In this document: positions 25,179-28,495 of the stretch, piece after piece
Layout: each line of letters begins with the position of its first letter
Position numbering within the stretch: the stretch's first letter is position 1
NCBI GenBank assembly: GCA_031372065.1
Contig: JANMKN010000019.1
Location: forward strand, 1 to 28,495
DNA from: Abditibacteriaceae bacterium
GTDB taxonomy: Bacteria > Armatimonadota > Abditibacteriia > Abditibacteriales > Abditibacteriaceae
Length of the DNA: 28,495 nt
Direction: 5' to 3'
Translations under genes and position numbers: made by a program
The notes under the pieces: generated by a model
Seen by the model: only the letters and a program-made list of their open reading frames with translations
What the model was told of the DNA's origin: nothing
Databases searched by the model: none

Positions 25179-25213
25179 AAAAGAAAAAGTGGGGCCACAC
25201 GGAACCCACTTTT
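25179..25213 (-). promoter_or_regulatory. rimP/nusA-leader-type terminator hairpin (probable attenuator)
   Basis: mRNA strand AAAAGTGGG-TTCCGTGTGGC-CCCACTTTT followed by TCTTTT, located between the promoter and the nusA RBS. Confidence 0.75.
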
Positions 25214-25255
25214 CGGAAACGTCACCAAATTGTCTCCGCTCAGGCTGCGAGAGCT

Positions 25256-25284
25256 ATTTTACATTTTTTGACTGTCTCTTGCCA
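25256..25284 (-). promoter_or_regulatory. Probable promoter of the nusA-infB operon
   Basis: Minus strand TGGCAA-17 nt-TAAAAT. Confidence 0.45.
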
Positions 25285-25364
25285 CCTTAAACTAACATTT
25301 CGCCCGTCCTCAAACGAACTTTTGCGCCCTGCGTTGCCTCCAAACCCGCACAAAGGGGAATTTT

Positions 25365-26252
25365 ATGCTTTCAAAAATCGCTGCATTGCTCGTTTCTGTT
25401 GTTTGTTTGGTTTCGACTGTAGTGGCGCAGCCGCCCATCCAGACGCCGCCGACAGCGGCAGAGGCCGATCCTGACTCTGTGATTCAAGCTTTTGTAAAGG
25501 CTATCAATCAAAACGATTTCGAATCTGCCGCGCGCTTGGTGCAAGGCGGCAAAAAAGGCGAGGCATTGGAGATGGCGAGGGATGAAATTCAAAAAGCACG
25601 TGGCGCTTACACTTACGAAGTGAAAGAAGTCAGTTTCAAATTTGAGGGCCAGATGCAAGATTTCGCCACAGCCCTCATTCGCCTGCGTCTCAACGACGCC
25701 ATTGATAACAGAATCACGCACGACGAACGCGTCAAAATGCAGCAAATAGGTAATGGTTGGCGCCTTGTGCCTCTTTCTGGCGAAGCATTTATCGGTTTGT
25801 TTCAGGGCTTTGGCGGAGACAGCGACCTTTTAGAGCGTTTCGCTTCCTATCTGGCCCATCCCGAAGCCGTGGCTAAAATCCGCACTAGCAGATGTATGGG
25901 CCACCTAAAATTGCTGGGAATAGCCGCCATTCAATTTTCACAAGACTGGGATGAAAAATTCGCGCTCAAAGCCCAAAATTACCCAGAGGCTTTACATCTT
26001 TATATGCGCAACGATGCAATTTTGGTGTGCCCACTCGAAGATGAGGGAGCTAACAGCTATGCGTTCAACGCAAAATTGGAAAACGCGAATTTCTTCAAAA
26101 TAAAACAACCGGAACAAACAGTCATGTTTTACGAAGGCAAAGACGGCCAGTTAGATTTTCGTCATGACAATCGCACGGGCGTTTGTTTTGCCGATGGACA
26201 CGTCGAATTAGTGACGCCCGAACGCGCTAAAACGCTGAAATGGGAGCCATAA
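25365..26252 (+). CDS. Exported protein with an NTF2-like N-terminal domain and a DUF1559-like / H-X9-DG C-terminal module
   Basis: Signal peptide ending VVA-Q. PDSVIQAFVKAI...DFESAARLV...GNGWRL. SRCMGHLKLLGIAAIQFSQDWDE, CP, SYAFN and H-DNRTGVCFA-DG-HV (exact H-X9-DG). AAGGGG RBS. Confidence 0.82.
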   Translation: MLSKIAALLVSVVCLVSTVVAQPPIQTPPTAAEADPDSVIQAFVKAINQNDFESAARLVQGGKKGEALEMARDEIQKARGAYTYEVKEVSFKFEGQMQDFATALIRLRLNDAIDNRITHDERVKMQQIGNGWRLVPLSGEAFIGLFQGFGGDSDLLERFASYLAHPEAVAKIRTSRCMGHLKLLGIAAIQFSQDWDEKFALKAQNYPEALHLYMRNDAILVCPLEDEGANSYAFNAKLENANFFKIKQPEQTVMFYEGKDGQLDFRHDNRTGVCFADGHVELVTPERAKTLKWEP

Positions 26253-26275
26253 TTCTTTTGGTGCAATTGACTCGT

Positions 26276-28495
26276 TTAGGTTACAGCCTTGTTTGCTGTT
26301 GGCCCCCATTGACTATCATGGGGCGTTTGAAGAGCCAAACCACGCACTACATAGACATCTACGATTTGCGATTTCCCTTTTATTTGGGCCGACGCGCTTT
26401 CTACGCACACTACGTTTGGCGCGGCTTCGTAGGTCGCTGCCGAACACAGAATCCAAGAACCAAATTCTTTATTGGCTCCTTCGAGGCGCGAGGCCAAATT
26501 CACTGTATCGCCAATCACGGTGTAATTGAGCAAAGGCTGGCTGTCACTGTCGCCTTCGCTGCCCATGCTGCCCGCGATGACTTCGCCGGTATGCACGCCC
26601 ACGCGCATATAAAATTCGATGTCCGTCTCGGCGCGAAAGCGGGCGCAGGCGTCTTGCAATTCGACGGCGCAACGCAGGGCGCACGCCGCGTGATCGTCAT
26701 AGGGCAAAGGCACGCCGAAATAGGCCATAATCGAATCGCCGATGTATTTATCAATGGTGCCGTTGTGCCGCTGCACAATGGGAATCATGCACGTCATGTA
26801 GGCGTTTAACGCGCTCACAACTTCATCGGGATCGTGCGTTTCCGTATAAGTGGTGAAGCCTACCAGATCGGTGAAAAGCACGGTGGCATAAGTGCGGCGT
26901 GGGCGCGGATAATCTTCTTCGGGGCGCGCTAAAACTTCTTCCAAAATGGACGGCGACATGAAACGTCCAAACTGTGCGATGGTTTTGCGGCGCTCGGCGT
27001 TTTCGCTGCTATACAACAGAATCATCACAAGTCCGGTGCTTAAAGCGGCACTGAGCGCCGGGTAAATCACGATAACCCATAAGTGCTGATGAATAAACAA
27101 CCACTTGGCCGCTTCCCAGAAGAACACAATCGGTAACGACGCCAGCAGCCCGTAAAGCGCGAACCAGACAACGCCGCGAACTTTTCCCGGCGCCCGCCAT
27201 TTGGCCCAACGGTGTTGCGCCGCCCTTGCCACCCGACTAACTCGATTATGCAGCAGCATCGTCCAGAACGCCGCCAACAGCGACAAGGCAAACAGCGTGA
27301 CAATCGTTGATTGAGTAGAGACCGCGCGCAAATAGACGCCATCCAAGAAATTCGCCGCCATAGTGGCGTGAATTTCAACCCCTGCGATTTGGCTTTCCTC
27401 TACGATTTTGTCAACAGTAGGGTGATTCAAAAAGAACTGTGGCATTTGAAAAAGATCATCGAGAGACAATGCTGTAGCTCCGATTAGCACGATACGCCCG
27501 CCGAATTTCTCTTTCATCTCGGCATCGGTGAAACCGTGCCATGCCCAGTGGCCTTGAGTATCAACGGTATTGTCATCGTTGAGGTGAACCAAAGTGCGAA
27601 AGCCTTTAACGTCTCTGTAGGAGTAAGTCGGGAAGGTATCGTTCGGGCCGCTGCTGGGAGGGCCATAGAAATTGATCAAAGTCGTAAAAACGCGCGGCGC
27701 GTCGCCGGGTGGCTGTTGCGAGGGCAGGATAGGAATAGGTAAAGCAGTGCCATTGGCAGTCGGCCAAATGGTTGAGGCTAAGGCTTTTTCGTAAAGCTTG
27801 TTTTCTTCTCCATCCAACAGGTTTTGATAGATTCCATCGCTCAGAATCGCTACCGAACCGGCGTTTTCGTCACCACCCAGAAAGGCGATGCGCACCGGGT
27901 AGCGACGCAAGGCACCGTCAGAATCACGCTCTACAGAGATGAAACATGGCTCTGGCAATTGTTCATTCAACCCCAAAGCAGCAAAGCGGCGATATGCTTT
28001 GATCTCGTCTGGTTTCTTGTTGAAGAGCAACGTTCCTTTATCATTCAAGAAGACGTTATCATACGCACTCTTATCTAAAGGATTTACCGGTTGGTAATCC
28101 GTTGTTTTCATCGTGTTCGTCGCCACACTCGTTGTTTGAGTTTCGCGTGAAAGAAGAGATGGCAAGAGGACATTTTTAGACTCGGCGAGGACTGAAGCCA
28201 ATGCGGCATCTGAACTGATCTTTTGCCGACTCGAAAAAACGAAATCCAGAAAGACAACTTTGGCACCTGCTTTCTTGAGCCGACGAATGACTTCGGCGTG
28301 CCACTCACGTGGAAAAGGCCAAGCCCCCAAAACCGCTAATGTCCGCTCGTCAACACCAATAATAGCGATTTTTTCTCGCGAGGCGGGCCTGACGGGGCCA
28401 CGAGCGGTAAAGCGAGCATCGTAAAGGCGATATTCCAAACCTTCGAGCGTTTTCCAAAGCGGCAGAATTTTTGAGACTGCACGAATGGCATCATT
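26276..28495 (-). CDS. CHASE2-domain class III adenylate cyclase, 5'-truncated by the window edge
   Basis: Frame is open to the window end. CHASE2 motifs: IAIIGVDE, G.WPFPR, D.DG.LRR, IVLIGAT, GVEIHAT. TM helices follow, then cyclase motifs FTDLVGFT, IDKYIGD and NYTVIGDTVNLASRLEG. Confidence 0.94.
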   Translation of the reverse strand, partial: NDAIRAVSKILPLWKTLEGLEYRLYDARFTARGPVRPASREKIAIIGVDERTLAVLGAWPFPREWHAEVIRRLKKAGAKVVFLDFVFSSRQKISSDAALASVLAESKNVLLPSLLSRETQTTSVATNTMKTTDYQPVNPLDKSAYDNVFLNDKGTLLFNKKPDEIKAYRRFAALGLNEQLPEPCFISVERDSDGALRRYPVRIAFLGGDENAGSVAILSDGIYQNLLDGEENKLYEKALASTIWPTANGTALPIPILPSQQPPGDAPRVFTTLINFYGPPSSGPNDTFPTYSYRDVKGFRTLVHLNDDNTVDTQGHWAWHGFTDAEMKEKFGGRIVLIGATALSLDDLFQMPQFFLNHPTVDKIVEESQIAGVEIHATMAANFLDGVYLRAVSTQSTIVTLFALSLLAAFWTMLLHNRVSRVARAAQHRWAKWRAPGKVRGVVWFALYGLLASLPIVFFWEAAKWLFIHQHLWVIVIYPALSAALSTGLVMILLYSSENAERRKTIAQFGRFMSPSILEEVLARPEEDYPRPRRTYATVLFTDLVGFTTYTETHDPDEVVSALNAYMTCMIPIVQRHNGTIDKYIGDSIMAYFGVPLPYDDHAACALRCAVELQDACARFRAETDIEFYMRVGVHTGEVIAGSMGSEGDSDSQPLLNYTVIGDTVNLASRLEGANKEFGSWILCSAATYEAAPNVVCVESASAQIKGKSQIVDVYVVRGLALQTPHDSQWGPTANKAVT

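Noticed and set aside
25123..25364. tRNA-Met (metY) or a rimP remnant upstream of nusA
   Set aside because: No cloverleaf or T-loop motif and no RimP-like reading frame. The ORF-track extension of nusA to 25209 runs through the leader hairpin and is not credible.

Overview
Bacterial chromosomal window with no rRNA, tRNA, CRISPR array, transposase or integrase that I can see. The H-X9-DG/DUF1559-type protein, an 'LAAILFPV' motif and the gene content point to an Armatimonadota/Abditibacteriota-like host (inference). The left two-thirds holds mixed housekeeping and accessory genes: a partial FN3 protein, a divergent EF-G paralogue, serC, an ankyrin protein, an enolase-superfamily enzyme, a stand-alone MprF-type synthase domain, an M60-like peptidase, a NAGPA-like glycosidase, exported thiol-redox proteins, an ADP-ribosylglycohydrolase and a TIGR03663-type GT-C membrane protein. 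The right third holds the minus-strand operon nusA-ylxR-infB-ylxP-rbfA-nrnA-DUF4870-truB-ribF (no rimP, no ylxQ), an H-X9-DG protein and a partial CHASE2 adenylate cyclase. The most striking observation is that three junctions in the nusA-infB operon are each filled by a long inverted repeat built from tandem 7-mers, with a different 7-mer at each site. In each, the 5' arm contains the upstream stop codon, the 3' arm ends exactly at the downstream ATG, and there is no Shine-Dalgarno sequence. These are candidate stop-to-start bridging RNA elements or footprints of a mobile element. A degenerate 21-bp tandem array beside a decayed secreted-protein gene (7720-8110) and a rimP-type leader hairpin kept in front of nusA are also noted. 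All family calls come from motif recognition, not database searches.
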